Shown here piece after piece: positions 39,518 to 48,927 of a stretch of 60,985 nt of DNA. The notes beneath the pieces are model-generated. The model was given only the letters and a program-made list of their open reading frames with translations. It did no database searches and was not told the origin of the DNA. Origin of the DNA: Deltaproteobacteria bacterium (GTDB lineage Bacteria > UBA10199 > SPLOWO2-01-44-7); the NCBI GenBank assembly GCA_030648035.1, contig JAUSII010000116.1:1-60985 (forward strand). The letters run 5' to 3'. Positions within the stretch are counted from its first letter, which is position 1. Each line of letters starts with the position of its first letter. Position numbers and translations under genes: made by a program.

Positions 39518-40554
39518 GATTTATCCTTTTTAATAGGGGCAATCTCTGGGAGTTCCTTGATGTGGCGATCAAAGTCGGACTCAAAAAGTTGATCCTGCAC
39601 GATGCGATATTTTTCAAACTCACTATCCGCATGTTCTTTAGCGATATCAGCACTGATACGCCCCTTGTCGTGCAAGATGGCCTGTTCATCAAATTCCAGA
39701 AACTGGTCGAGGCGCTTCGCCCAATCTTCCATGCTCATGGGAATTTTTCTTCTGGCACGATTTTCTGCCAAATCGAGATAAGCGTTCACAATTCTGCCGA
39801 GAGATTCCAGCTCATCTTTGGTGAGGTAATTTTTGGCAATGCTCACATCCGGTTTGATGATTTTTCCATCGGGAGCCGCCTCCCACGTGGTTAAACCCAT
39901 GTTGGGCTTGGCGCTGTCTGCGCGATTTTTGATGAGCTCTGCGGCAGTGCGACCATGAATCGCGTAGTGCAGTTTGTTTTGCACTTTGGCAAAAAAATCC
40001 CGAGTGGTGGGAGCGTCTTTGTTGTAATCAATGCTGGTAGCGTAGATGTCAGTAACTTTTTGATAAAACCGTCGCTCGCTAAGGCGGATCTCGCGAATCT
40101 CGGCCAGCAGCCGCTCATAATATTCCTCGCCAAGAAAAGTACCGTTTTCGAGTCGCTTGTTATCGAGTACATAACCCTTGATGGCAAACTCCCGCAAAAC
40201 CCGCGTGGCCCATTGGCGAAACTGCGTGGCTCGTACAGAATTCACTCGGTACCCAACCGAGATGATGGCATCGAGGTTGTAAAAATTGGTATTGTAATTT
40301 TTACCATCGGCAGCAGTTGTTAGGAATTTCCGAATAACTGACTTTTCATCTAACTCTTTGGATTCAAATGTGTTTTTAAGATGTTCGTTGATGGTTGGAA
40401 TGGTCACATCAAATAGCTCCGCCATGAGTTTTTGGGTGAGCCAGATGGTCTCGTTTTCATAGCGGACTTCAATGCCGTTCTCACCAGCTTGGCTTGTAAA
40501 AATCAAAAACTCAGCGGTGCTGTTGCGAATTTGAAGTTTGGTTTCTTTTTTCAT
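39514..40554 (-). CDS. RhuM-family protein
   Basis: ETIWLTQKLMAELF, YNLDAIISVGYRVNS, IREIRLSERRFYQK, VQNKLHYA. Confidence 0.93.
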   Translation of the reverse strand: MKKETKLQIRNSTAEFLIFTSQAGENGIEVRYENETIWLTQKLMAELFDVTIPTINEHLKNTFESKELDEKSVIRKFLTTAADGKNYNTNFYNLDAIISVGYRVNSVRATQFRQWATRVLREFAIKGYVLDNKRLENGTFLGEEYYERLLAEIREIRLSERRFYQKVTDIYATSIDYNKDAPTTRDFFAKVQNKLHYAIHGRTAAELIKNRADSAKPNMGLTTWEAAPDGKIIKPDVSIAKNYLTKDELESLGRIVNAYLDLAENRARRKIPMSMEDWAKRLDQFLEFDEQAILHDKGRISADIAKEHADSEFEKYRIVQDQLFESDFDRHIKELPEIAPIKKDKS

Positions 40555-40556
40555 GG

Positions 40557-41750
40557 TTAAAGCTCCCCGCTAAAAGCTTGGTGCAGGATGGATTTTTTGA
40601 GTTCATCGAGGGCTGCGAGTTTTTGTTGGTAGAGGGATGAGAGGCGTTGGGTTTCCGGTTCGAAAGCACGAAGCTTCTTAACCAATGCGGCTTGCTCCTC
40701 AAGATTCACAGGCACTGGAATCGTGAAGTTGACCAGTGTTTTGATTGGTAACTGTGGTTGCGCTGCCCCAGTTGTTTGCTTTCTTATCTGGTCCTTCACA
40801 ATTTTCGACCTGAACATCTCAAAAAGAAACGAGGGCAATAAGACACGCTTGTTCGGGCGAAAAATTAACATCCCTGAATTGATGCGAATATTGTCGAATG
40901 GAACATCCTCAGAGTAGATACCGATATTCCCAATTGTTCCCCTTGTTGTAAGAACAACATCATCTCGCTTCAGTTTCCCCTTCCGAAGCATGCGGTCTTT
41001 TTCTTCCGAGATGAACATTTTGGACTCAAATTCGAATCCGTCAGGTCGCACGTTCTTTGTATTCATGAAGAGGCAGTAACCCTCCTCTTGGAAATCTGAG
41101 CCATTCGGATAATTCACGCCCCGGTCGCCATCAATAATTTCTAGCAGGGTTTCGTCGCCAAGCTGCCGATCCACCCACCCCGGGCCGCGTTGGCTGAAGA
41201 CGGACCGGAGATGGCTTTCGAAGAGGGCGCGTGCGTTTTGGAGATTCTTTTCCGCATTGGCTTTGGCGGTGGCGATGGCTTCAAAGGCTTTGTCGAGAAC
41301 GGCAACGATGCGGTGTTGTTCGGGGAGGGGTGGGAGGGAGATTTTTATATTCTCAATTTGAGTTTTGTTTATTGAAGAAAAAACAGCTCCTTCATTTCCA
41401 ACAATTTCAGATTCGTTATAAACAAGAAATTGAAAAAGATATTCTGAACTAACGCCACTTGATGGTCTGATGGCAGCTAATCCACGACCAATACAGATTT
41501 TTTGAGTTGAAAAATTAACAGGCCCTACAGGTGCACGTACCGACATCAGAACGTCACCAGCCTCTGCTTCTTTGGTTACATCAGTCGTCCATGTCGTTGG
41601 TTGTCCAATAAACTTCTCAGTAAATTCTTTTTTACCCTGATAAAAAGGCAAGCCTTTAGCCTCGTTGTTATAAAATTTACCTTCAGGAGATTGGCCCGCA
41701 ATAACAGTGCATACATCTCCAAGTTTTTCGGTTTGCCAATTCTTGTTCAT
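40557..41750 (-). CDS. hsdS: Type I RM specificity subunit S
   Basis: PPLPEQHRIVAVLD, two TRDs, LKKSILHQAFSGEL. Confidence 0.95.
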   Translation of the reverse strand: MNKNWQTEKLGDVCTVIAGQSPEGKFYNNEAKGLPFYQGKKEFTEKFIGQPTTWTTDVTKEAEAGDVLMSVRAPVGPVNFSTQKICIGRGLAAIRPSSGVSSEYLFQFLVYNESEIVGNEGAVFSSINKTQIENIKISLPPLPEQHRIVAVLDKAFEAIATAKANAEKNLQNARALFESHLRSVFSQRGPGWVDRQLGDETLLEIIDGDRGVNYPNGSDFQEEGYCLFMNTKNVRPDGFEFESKMFISEEKDRMLRKGKLKRDDVVLTTRGTIGNIGIYSEDVPFDNIRINSGMLIFRPNKRVLLPSFLFEMFRSKIVKDQIRKQTTGAAQPQLPIKTLVNFTIPVPVNLEEQAALVKKLRAFEPETQRLSSLYQQKLAALDELKKSILHQAFSGEL

Positions 41751-42439
41751 GCGCCACCACTCTGGTTTTGATGAGCAATAATACTGGCCTCAACGTCTGA
41801 AACCACTTTAATAATTTTTTCAAAACATTCCTTTAAAAATGGCAAGACAACTAAATTGCTCGGCAATCCAGGTACGTTGTGATTATCAAAACAGAAACTT
41901 ACCCAGGTGATTTTTTCAGTTTTTAAGATGTTATTTGGTACGGGCAATTGAGTCCTTGGATTAATCGGGACACCCATCACACTCACATTGCCATGAAATG
42001 TGACACCACTGGTCCAGCTAACACCTCCCCCTTGGGGATGACTTACTCGTGTTTCAACTGACTCTGTTCGCTTTTGCGGAATCGGGGTTACATGTTTTAG
42101 CTCATTATTTAATTTGTTAAACCACTCCATCCATTTTTGATCGTTGAATGGTTGCCATTTTTTGATCGAGTTTTTTACTAGGGCAGGCAAATCAGTCGAA
42201 CGCTTTTCAAAATCTGCCTCTTGATCGCAAATTGGAAAGTTGTGATTTGAGATTTTCTTTCTCAAATAATCCAATGCTGATCTTAAGTTGCCAAGATAGT
42301 CCTTAATTTCAACAAGAAGATCTGCTCCAATTTTTGTTTCCCTCAGCGATTTTTTATAGCCATCTTCGATGACTATCAATGAAGATTCAGCCTTTTTTAG
42401 AACTGCATTCACGTCGTCAAATTGCGAGATTCTAGTCAC
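41747..42439 (-). CDS. Hypothetical protein inserted between hsdM and hsdS
   Basis: 230-codon AT-rich ORF overlapping both neighbours by 4 nt; NLRSALDY and LNN..KH motifs. Confidence 0.75.
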   Translation of the reverse strand: MTRISQFDDVNAVLKKAESSLIVIEDGYKKSLRETKIGADLLVEIKDYLGNLRSALDYLRKKISNHNFPICDQEADFEKRSTDLPALVKNSIKKWQPFNDQKWMEWFNKLNNELKHVTPIPQKRTESVETRVSHPQGGGVSWTSGVTFHGNVSVMGVPINPRTQLPVPNNILKTEKITWVSFCFDNHNVPGLPSNLVVLPFLKECFEKIIKVVSDVEASIIAHQNQSGGA

Positions 42440-43884
42440 AACAACCCCCCAATGACTTGCAGAACTTCCGCACTCTCCACATCCAACCCCGCAATCTCCT
42501 CCATAATCTCCTGTGGCGTCCGATGCTTTACCTCTTCTCCCCTATTTGGATTTTTTACCGACAAATCAAAAGTCGTTGGATCGACATTGGCAATATCCAC
42601 ACTCCAACTCTTGGGCGAATCGGCAAATGGCTTTTGCAGCTCAATAAACTCTTTGAGGTCGTCATCATTCAGCGGATTGGTCTTGCCCATGTTGCGACCG
42701 GGATCGAGCTGATAAAACCAAGTTTTTCGTGTGGGCGAACCTTTTTCAAAAAACAACACAACAGTTTTAACTCCCGCACCCAAAAACGTGCCGCCCGGGC
42801 AATCAAGCACCGTATGCAGGTTGCAACTTTCCAAAAGTAGTTTACGTAAGCTCACCGAGGCGTTGTCGGTATTGGATAAAAATGTATTTTTGATGACCAC
42901 ACCACCACGACCACCGGCTTTGAGCATTTTGATAAAGTGCTGCAAAAATAAAAAAGCCGTTTCACCGGTGCGGATGGGAAAGTTTTGCTGCACCTCTTTG
43001 CGTTCTTTGCCACCAAATGGGGGATTAGCCAGCACCACGTCATAACGGTCCTTCTCTTGAATGTCGGTAAGGTTTTCGGTGAGCGTATTGGTGTGGATGA
43101 TGTTTGGCGCCTCAATACCGTGCAGAATCATGTTCATGATGGCGATCACGTAGGCTAGTTTATCTTTTTCTTTGCCGTAGAGAGTTTTTTCTTGCAGTTT
43201 CTTGGCTTCGCCGGTGGTGAGGTTTGGTTTTGATTTTAAAAACTCAAAGGCCTCGCAAAGAAAACCTGCTGAACCAACTGCACCGTCGTAAATACGTTCG
43301 CCGATTTGAGGTTGAACAACCTGCACAATCGCACGGATGAGCGCACGCGGCGTGTAATAGGAACCGCCATCACGTCCGGCATTACCCATGTTGCCGATTT
43401 TTTCTTCAAAGAGATAACTCAGCTCGTGTTTTTCTTTTTGCGTACCGAAGCGAAGCCCGTCGATAGTTTCGACAATCTCACGCAAGTTGTAACCACTGTT
43501 GATCTCATTTTTTGTCTCTGTGAAAATTTCACCAATCTTGTATTCGATGGTGTTTGGTCCGGTTGCCCGCTGTTTAAAACCGTGAAGATACGGAAAGAGC
43601 TTTTGATTAACAAAGTCACGCAGGTCATCGCCCGTGAGCGCCACGTTGTGGTCAAAATTACCGTTTTTGTCCTTGGGTGCCGCCCAGCTTGCCCAGCGAT
43701 AGGGTTTGTCGAGAATGTAGGTGTATTTTTTCCCTTCAAGAGCAGCTTCTGTGGCCTTGTCTTGCTCCAGACCATCGAGATACTTTAAAAAGAGCAGCCA
43801 CGCGGTTTGCTCGGTGTATTTAAGAACGCCTCCACCTTCTCTACGAAGGACGTCATCGATATTTTTAAAAGCTTGTTCAAACAT
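42436..43884 (-). CDS. hsdM: Type I RM methyltransferase subunit M
   Basis: YYTPR, DGAVGSAGF, NPPF. Confidence 0.96.
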   Translation of the reverse strand: MFEQAFKNIDDVLRREGGGVLKYTEQTAWLLFLKYLDGLEQDKATEAALEGKKYTYILDKPYRWASWAAPKDKNGNFDHNVALTGDDLRDFVNQKLFPYLHGFKQRATGPNTIEYKIGEIFTETKNEINSGYNLREIVETIDGLRFGTQKEKHELSYLFEEKIGNMGNAGRDGGSYYTPRALIRAIVQVVQPQIGERIYDGAVGSAGFLCEAFEFLKSKPNLTTGEAKKLQEKTLYGKEKDKLAYVIAIMNMILHGIEAPNIIHTNTLTENLTDIQEKDRYDVVLANPPFGGKERKEVQQNFPIRTGETAFLFLQHFIKMLKAGGRGGVVIKNTFLSNTDNASVSLRKLLLESCNLHTVLDCPGGTFLGAGVKTVVLFFEKGSPTRKTWFYQLDPGRNMGKTNPLNDDDLKEFIELQKPFADSPKSWSVDIANVDPTTFDLSVKNPNRGEEVKHRTPQEIMEEIAGLDVESAEVLQVIGGLL

Positions 43885-43906
43885 TATTTTGTTTCCTCAA
43901 AAATTC

Positions 43907-44101
43907 TTACTTCTTTGACGACTGCACCACCTGCTTGAGCAACGCTTCCAAATCTTTTTTCTTGTAAAGCCGATACCCGTTCACAGGGTTGCGGTGGGTT
44001 TTGATCTTGCCGGATTTTTCCCAGTTGCGAAGCGTGCCGGTGGAGACACCCAAAAATTTAGCGGCTTCTCGGACCATGATGTAGTTTTGTAGGTTTTCCA
44101 T
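43907..44101 (-). CDS. MerR-like HTH regulator/excisionase
   Basis: VREAAKFLGVSTGTLRNWEKSG...NGYRLY. Confidence 0.88.
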   Translation of the reverse strand: MENLQNYIMVREAAKFLGVSTGTLRNWEKSGKIKTHRNPVNGYRLYKKKDLEALLKQVVQSSKK

Positions 44102-44260
44102 AAATATTTTAAGTAGATAGAATAAAAAGAGCCCGTAGTCAAAGATTAATAAAGATTACAATTTTGCGTTTTCAGATCTGAAAACGCTCTCACTTTTCAT
44201 CCATCCCGTAATCCCTGTCACAAAGGCGATGCATGCCCCCCGACAAATGGGAAAAACGTG

Positions 44261-44575
44261 ATGAAAATTTCTGAAATAAACATTCAACTCATCAAACCTG
44301 CAAACGGGCTCGTGGCCTTTGCGAGTGTCGTACTCGATAACCAAATTTATTTGGGCTCAATTGGCGTGCACGAAAAACTCGATGGTAACGGTTATCGCCT
44401 CACCTATCCCACAAAGAAAACCGGTAATCGTGATTTTCACATTTTTCATCCCATTGAACGCAACCTTGGTCAGCAAATTGAACAGGCGATTCTGAGCAAG
44501 GTCACAACACTTTTGGAAAAGCAGAATGCTGGCGACTCAGCGGTTTTCAGAAAGGATGGCGATGCCATCGACTGA
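44261..44575 (+). CDS. SpoVG-family protein
   Basis: MKISEINI...GLVAFASVVLD...I.V......L.YPT...FHPI. Confidence 0.8.
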   Translation: MKISEINIQLIKPANGLVAFASVVLDNQIYLGSIGVHEKLDGNGYRLTYPTKKTGNRDFHIFHPIERNLGQQIEQAILSKVTTLLEKQNAGDSAVFRKDGDAID

Positions 44576-44765
44576 ACAGATCAAACAGTTTCAGGGTTTG
44601 TATGAACGGCGCTTTGGGCGGCAGATCAGCGAGCAACAGGCCTATGACATGGGGATGAAGCTTGTGACCTTGGTCCAACTCACTTGCGCCACGCAGGTGA
44701 AGACCCAACAAAAACGTAATGAAGGGAACCAACATGACAAAGAAACAAATCCAGACGGACTTTAA
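44562..44765 (+). CDS. Small hypothetical protein
   Basis: EQIKQFQGLYERRFGRQISEQQA...KLV.LV; overlaps both neighbours. Confidence 0.6.
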   Translation: MPSTEQIKQFQGLYERRFGRQISEQQAYDMGMKLVTLVQLTCATQVKTQQKRNEGNQHDKETNPDGL

Positions 44766-45972
44766 ACACATTGGCGTGAAAGATCTCAGCGACGTCTTGG
44801 GCATTACCATCAAGAAAGACGAAGCGAACAAGGTGGTGACGTTTTTATGCCAGCTCTCCGCGTACACCGAAAATGCTCAATTTAACGTCAGCTATAATGC
44901 GCCGTCCTCCACCGGTAAAAGTTACATACCCACCGAAATTGCGAGCCTGTTCCCCAAAGAAGATGTGATGGAACTTGCCTACTGCAGCCCCACGGCGTTC
45001 TTTCACGATGTGGGCAAATACGACAAGGCGTTCAACGGTTATAAAATCGATCTCTCTCGAAAGATTCTCATTTTCTTGGATCAGCCGCACAACGATTTGC
45101 TCGCTCGTCTACGGCCTTTGCTTTCTCATGATCGCAAGGAGATCAATCTCAAGATCACCGACAAGTCGCAGAAAATGGGATTGCGAACAAAAAATATTTT
45201 GATTCGCGGATATCCCTCTGTGATTTTTTGCACAGCGGGCCTTCACATTGATGAGCAGGAAGCTACGCGCTTTTTACTGTTAAGCCCCGAAGTCAATCAG
45301 GAGAAAATTCGTGCCAGCATCATGGCCTCGATTCAAAAAGAATCCGACCGCGATTTGTACAATGAATCGTTGGAAAACAATCTTCCGCGCATGCAGTTTG
45401 CCGAACGCATTCGCGCCATCAGGGATGAAAATATTCAGGAGATCAAGATTGGTTTTCAGGCGGAAGTGGAACACCGTTTTTTTGAAAGACGTACCGTTCT
45501 CAAGCCACGTCATCAGCGCGACATAAAACGTATCACCTCACTCATCAAATGCTTTGCTCTGCTGAACCTCTGGTGGCGTGATCGTAATGGTTCAACGATC
45601 ACAGCCAATCAAGAAGACATCGCCGAAGCCTTTTGCATTTGGGAACGCATTGGCGTGAGTCAGGAATTGAATCTGCCACCCTACATTTACAATCTTTACA
45701 CCGAAGTCATTCTGGCGTCCTGGCAAGATAAGGCGAACGCTGGTCGCAAAAGTGGGCTCACCCGTAATGACATCGCAAAGAAATATTACGAGGTCTTTGA
45801 ACAAATGTTGGACGTGACCAAGTTCCGCCAGCAGATCTTGCCCATGCTGGAAACGGCGGGGCTGGTTTATCAGGAAGCGGATCTGAACGACAAACGCAAG
45901 GTTCTGGTTTTCCCAAACCCTACACATGCTGGCACCGTTCAAAATAATATAGTGAGCGTAGGGGTGGGGTAA
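44734..45972 (+). CDS. P-loop/AAA+ ATPase, putative replication helicase of the element
   Basis: APSSTGKS Walker A, ILIFLDQ Walker B, TRF, PRHQRD, winged-helix-like end. Confidence 0.7.
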   Translation: MTKKQIQTDFKHIGVKDLSDVLGITIKKDEANKVVTFLCQLSAYTENAQFNVSYNAPSSTGKSYIPTEIASLFPKEDVMELAYCSPTAFFHDVGKYDKAFNGYKIDLSRKILIFLDQPHNDLLARLRPLLSHDRKEINLKITDKSQKMGLRTKNILIRGYPSVIFCTAGLHIDEQEATRFLLLSPEVNQEKIRASIMASIQKESDRDLYNESLENNLPRMQFAERIRAIRDENIQEIKIGFQAEVEHRFFERRTVLKPRHQRDIKRITSLIKCFALLNLWWRDRNGSTITANQEDIAEAFCIWERIGVSQELNLPPYIYNLYTEVILASWQDKANAGRKSGLTRNDIAKKYYEVFEQMLDVTKFRQQILPMLETAGLVYQEADLNDKRKVLVFPNPTHAGTVQNNIVSVGVG

Positions 45973-46054
45973 AAATCATTAAGGACAAATTGGCGTGATA
46001 TTTTAAGCCCAAGTTTGACAGTAAATCACTGACAATGGCTGAAATAACTCTCTA

Positions 46055-46672
46055 ATGATTTCGGCAAAGGTGGAAAAGTCAATGTTTGCAAATGAACCAA
46101 AAACCGAGACAGATCATGTGACGCGGCTCTCAATTACCGATCTCACCAAGCGTGGAATTTTGGATGGAATGTTGCCGTGCACACTGCGCTGGCAAAATAA
46201 TATCCTTGGCACCGAACAGAAAGTGGATGTTGCGGTCTGCCGAAAAGGGGGAAAGCAAGTTTGCGAACTGAGCTATGAGTTGGGTGCCCCCACGAAAGGA
46301 AAAAATTTCCACCAGTGCAAAGTATCAATCACCACAACCCCATGTCATTATGGCGGAACGCGCCGTTGGTTTCTTTGCCCGATGAAGAAAGAAGGTGTTT
46401 TGTGCAAAAAGCGCGTTGCCATCCTCTACTTGAAAGATGCCTTGTTTGGTTGCCGCCATTGCCATGAATTGACCTACAGCTCGCAGAATAAAAATCATCG
46501 AAAGCCTGCCAATATTTTGATGGAGAATTTAGAAGATCTACTGGAGATGCAAGCGCTGCAACGCGAAATCAAAATCCGCTTGTACAAGGGAAAAACAACA
46601 AAAAAATACCGACAATTCGAAGCGTTAGCGAAGCGATATCTGGACAGAACCTGCTTTACTAGTGAGGGATAG
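46055..46672 (+). CDS. Hypothetical Zn-finger protein
   Basis: TPCHYGGTRRWFLCP...C..RVAILY....FGCRHCHELTYSSQ. Confidence 0.78.
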   Translation: MISAKVEKSMFANEPKTETDHVTRLSITDLTKRGILDGMLPCTLRWQNNILGTEQKVDVAVCRKGGKQVCELSYELGAPTKGKNFHQCKVSITTTPCHYGGTRRWFLCPMKKEGVLCKKRVAILYLKDALFGCRHCHELTYSSQNKNHRKPANILMENLEDLLEMQALQREIKIRLYKGKTTKKYRQFEALAKRYLDRTCFTSEG

Positions 46673-46692
46673 AATTTTAATGTGGAGGTGAC

Positions 46693-48417
46693 ATGCAAAG
46701 ACCCGAGAAACTGCGTTATATCCTGTATGCCCGTAAATCTTCCGAGAGCGAGGATCGTCAGGTTCAATCCATTGATGATCAAATCAATCGCCTTCAAAAA
46801 CTCGCCAGTGATTTGAAGCTGAATGTTGTCGATATTCTCATCGAAGCAAAATCCGCCAAAAAACCGTATAGCCGCCCGATCTTTATGAAGATGATTCAAC
46901 GGATCGAAGCTGGCGAAGCCGATGGCATCCTCGCCTGGCAGTTGAATCGTCTGTCGCGAAATCCAGTCGACAGCGGAACCTTGGGTTGGTTCTTACAGCA
47001 GGGAACTCTTCAATCGATCCAAACAACTGAACGCGAATACCTTCCCGATGATAACGTGCTCTTGTTTAGTGTCGAAAGCGGCATGGCCAATCAATACATT
47101 TTGGAACTGCGAAAAAACGTCAAACGTGGCGTGGATAGCAAGCTGGCCAAGGGCTGGAAGCCGAACGTGGCTTCGCTGGGATATCTCAATGAAAAAGAAG
47201 ACAAGACGATCATCGAGGATCCAGAACGTTTTCCTTTGGTTCGCAAAATGTGGGACTTGATGCTGACAGGGGCAAAGTCACCTCCACAAATCCTGGAGGT
47301 TGCCAATAACGAGTGGGGTTTCAGGACCAGAAAAACCAAAAGACTTGGCGGTAAAGAATTATCACGTAGTGGGATCTATCGAATTTTCACCAACCCATTT
47401 TATGCTGGTATCATCAGCTACGGTGGCAAGGAGTACGACGGCAAACACAAAGCCATGATCACGCTTTCAGAATTTGATCGCGTGCAATACCTGTTAGGCC
47501 GCAAGGGGAAAGCACGTCCTAAAACACATACCTTTGCTTTTACAGGTTTGATTCGCTGTGGGGAATGCGGCTGCGTGTACACAGCGGAAACCAAACGAAA
47601 GCTGATTAAATGTAATGGCGAAGTCAAAGAATACACCTATTACCACTGCACGCGAAAACGAACGGATTACGATTGCTCACAAAAGAAGGTGATGCGCGAT
47701 GATGTTTTGAACCAGCTCATCGCCGATGAAATCGAAAAGTTTACCATCCTCCCTGAATTTAGAGATTGGGCCTTGGATGTTTTGAAGGAGCAAAATTCAA
47801 AAGAAGTGACTGATAGAAATCAGATTTTTGAATCGCAAACGAGGGCATTGGCACAGGCCCATGATAAACTGGATCGTCTGGTTGATATGCGCCTGAATGA
47901 TCTACTGTCGAATGCGGAATATGTTCAAAAAAAGTCGCAACTGGAAAAAGAAATTCAAGAGTTAAGAAACCAAGCAAAAGAAACTGAGGAGCGTATCGAC
48001 AACTGGCTGGAACTGACCGAAAAGGTCTTCGACTTCGCCACACACGCCCACACGGCCTTCCTGAATGGCGATCTCGAAACCAAGAAGCAAATCTTGATGG
48101 CACTGGGTTCGAACCCAACCCTCAAAGACGGTAAACTCGCTATAGAAGCGAGTCCTTGGCTGGTCCCCATCGAAAAGGCCTATCCTTCCCTCGAAGCCGC
48201 CTACCAAGGGTTAGAACCAGCACAAGTGCCCGAAAATAAAGAACGGATGGCTCAATTACAAGCCATCCGTTCCACTTGGCGGAGAGGGTGGGATTCGAAC
48301 CCACGAGACCTTTCGGTCTACACGCTTTCCAAGCGTGCCGGTTCAGCCGCTTTCGTACCTCTCCAAACTTCATTTATTAAATTTTCAATGTTCTTTCCTG
48401 CAAACGAATTGTTTTAA
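46693..48417 (+). CDS. Large serine recombinase; reads through tRNA-Ser antisense in the integrated state
   Basis: YARKSSE catalytic Ser, NRLSRN, recombinase domain, CGECG..YYHC Zn ribbon, coiled coil; WRRGWDSNPR is antisense tRNA. Confidence 0.95.
   Translation: MQRPEKLRYILYARKSSESEDRQVQSIDDQINRLQKLASDLKLNVVDILIEAKSAKKPYSRPIFMKMIQRIEAGEADGILAWQLNRLSRNPVDSGTLGWFLQQGTLQSIQTTEREYLPDDNVLLFSVESGMANQYILELRKNVKRGVDSKLAKGWKPNVASLGYLNEKEDKTIIEDPERFPLVRKMWDLMLTGAKSPPQILEVANNEWGFRTRKTKRLGGKELSRSGIYRIFTNPFYAGIISYGGKEYDGKHKAMITLSEFDRVQYLLGRKGKARPKTHTFAFTGLIRCGECGCVYTAETKRKLIKCNGEVKEYTYYHCTRKRTDYDCSQKKVMRDDVLNQLIADEIEKFTILPEFRDWALDVLKEQNSKEVTDRNQIFESQTRALAQAHDKLDRLVDMRLNDLLSNAEYVQKKSQLEKEIQELRNQAKETEERIDNWLELTEKVFDFATHAHTAFLNGDLETKKQILMALGSNPTLKDGKLAIEASPWLVPIEKAYPSLEAAYQGLEPAQVPENKERMAQLQAIRSTWRRGWDSNPRDLSVYTLSKRAGSAAFVPLQTSFIKFSMFFPANELF
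48233..48272 (-). terminator. Terminator for tRNA-Ser(GGA) embedded in the integrase CDS
   Basis: Perfect 12-bp stem GAACGGATGGCT/AGCCATCCGTTC followed by TTTATTTT on the minus strand, 4 nt past CCA. Confidence 0.75.
48277..48364 (-). tRNA. tRNA-Ser(GGA)
   Basis: GGAGAGG acceptor, CACGC-TT-GGA-AA-GCGTG anticodon arm, long variable arm, GGTTCGAATCC, CCA. Confidence 0.97.
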
Positions 48418-48865
48418 AAAACTCCCGCATCTGCGAAGAACAGGTGTCGTGCAGAATGCCCGGCACCACTTCGATGCGATGATTCAACCGCTCATCGCGC
48501 GAAAAATCGTAGAGGGAACCGCAGGCGCCGAACTTCGGTTCGAAACAGCCGAACACCAGACGCGGCACTCTCGATTGCATGAGCGCCCCCATGCACATGA
48601 TGCACGGCTCGCAGGTGACATAGATCGTGACATCATTCAAACGCCAACTGCCGTGCTCACGGCTCAATTGTTTGATCAGCAATAATTCGGCATGACCCAG
48701 CGGATCCTGGTTTGCCTCGCGGATATTGTGCGCCTTGGCGATAATCTCGTTTTCGGCCACGGCCACCGCCCCAACCGGGACTTCGCCCTGAATGGCGCCA
48801 AAGCTCGCCTCTTCCAGCGCCTCGCCCATCCAGAATTCATGCATGGCTTGTGTCTCTTTTTGCAT
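48377..48865 (-). CDS. tadA: tRNA adenosine deaminase TadA
   Basis: GEVPVGAV, HAE, TCEPCIMC, RLNH. Confidence 0.95.
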   Translation of the reverse strand: MQKETQAMHEFWMGEALEEASFGAIQGEVPVGAVAVAENEIIAKAHNIREANQDPLGHAELLLIKQLSREHGSWRLNDVTIYVTCEPCIMCMGALMQSRVPRLVFGCFEPKFGACGSLYDFSRDERLNHRIEVVPGILHDTCSSQMREFFKTIRLQERTLKI

Positions 48866-48927
48866 GGGGCCTCTTCTGTCACGACTCCCTTGCCAAGACA
48901 ACAGAAAATTTGCTACAGGCTCAAGGC

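Larger units (their letters stand above)
34267..48282. mobile_element. About 14-kb serine-integrase element inserted in the 3' end of tRNA-Ser(GGA)
   Basis: TTGGCGG core at 34267-34273 and 48276-48282; the integrase frame crosses the right core and an in-register tail starts at the left core; cargo is type I RM. Confidence 0.85.
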
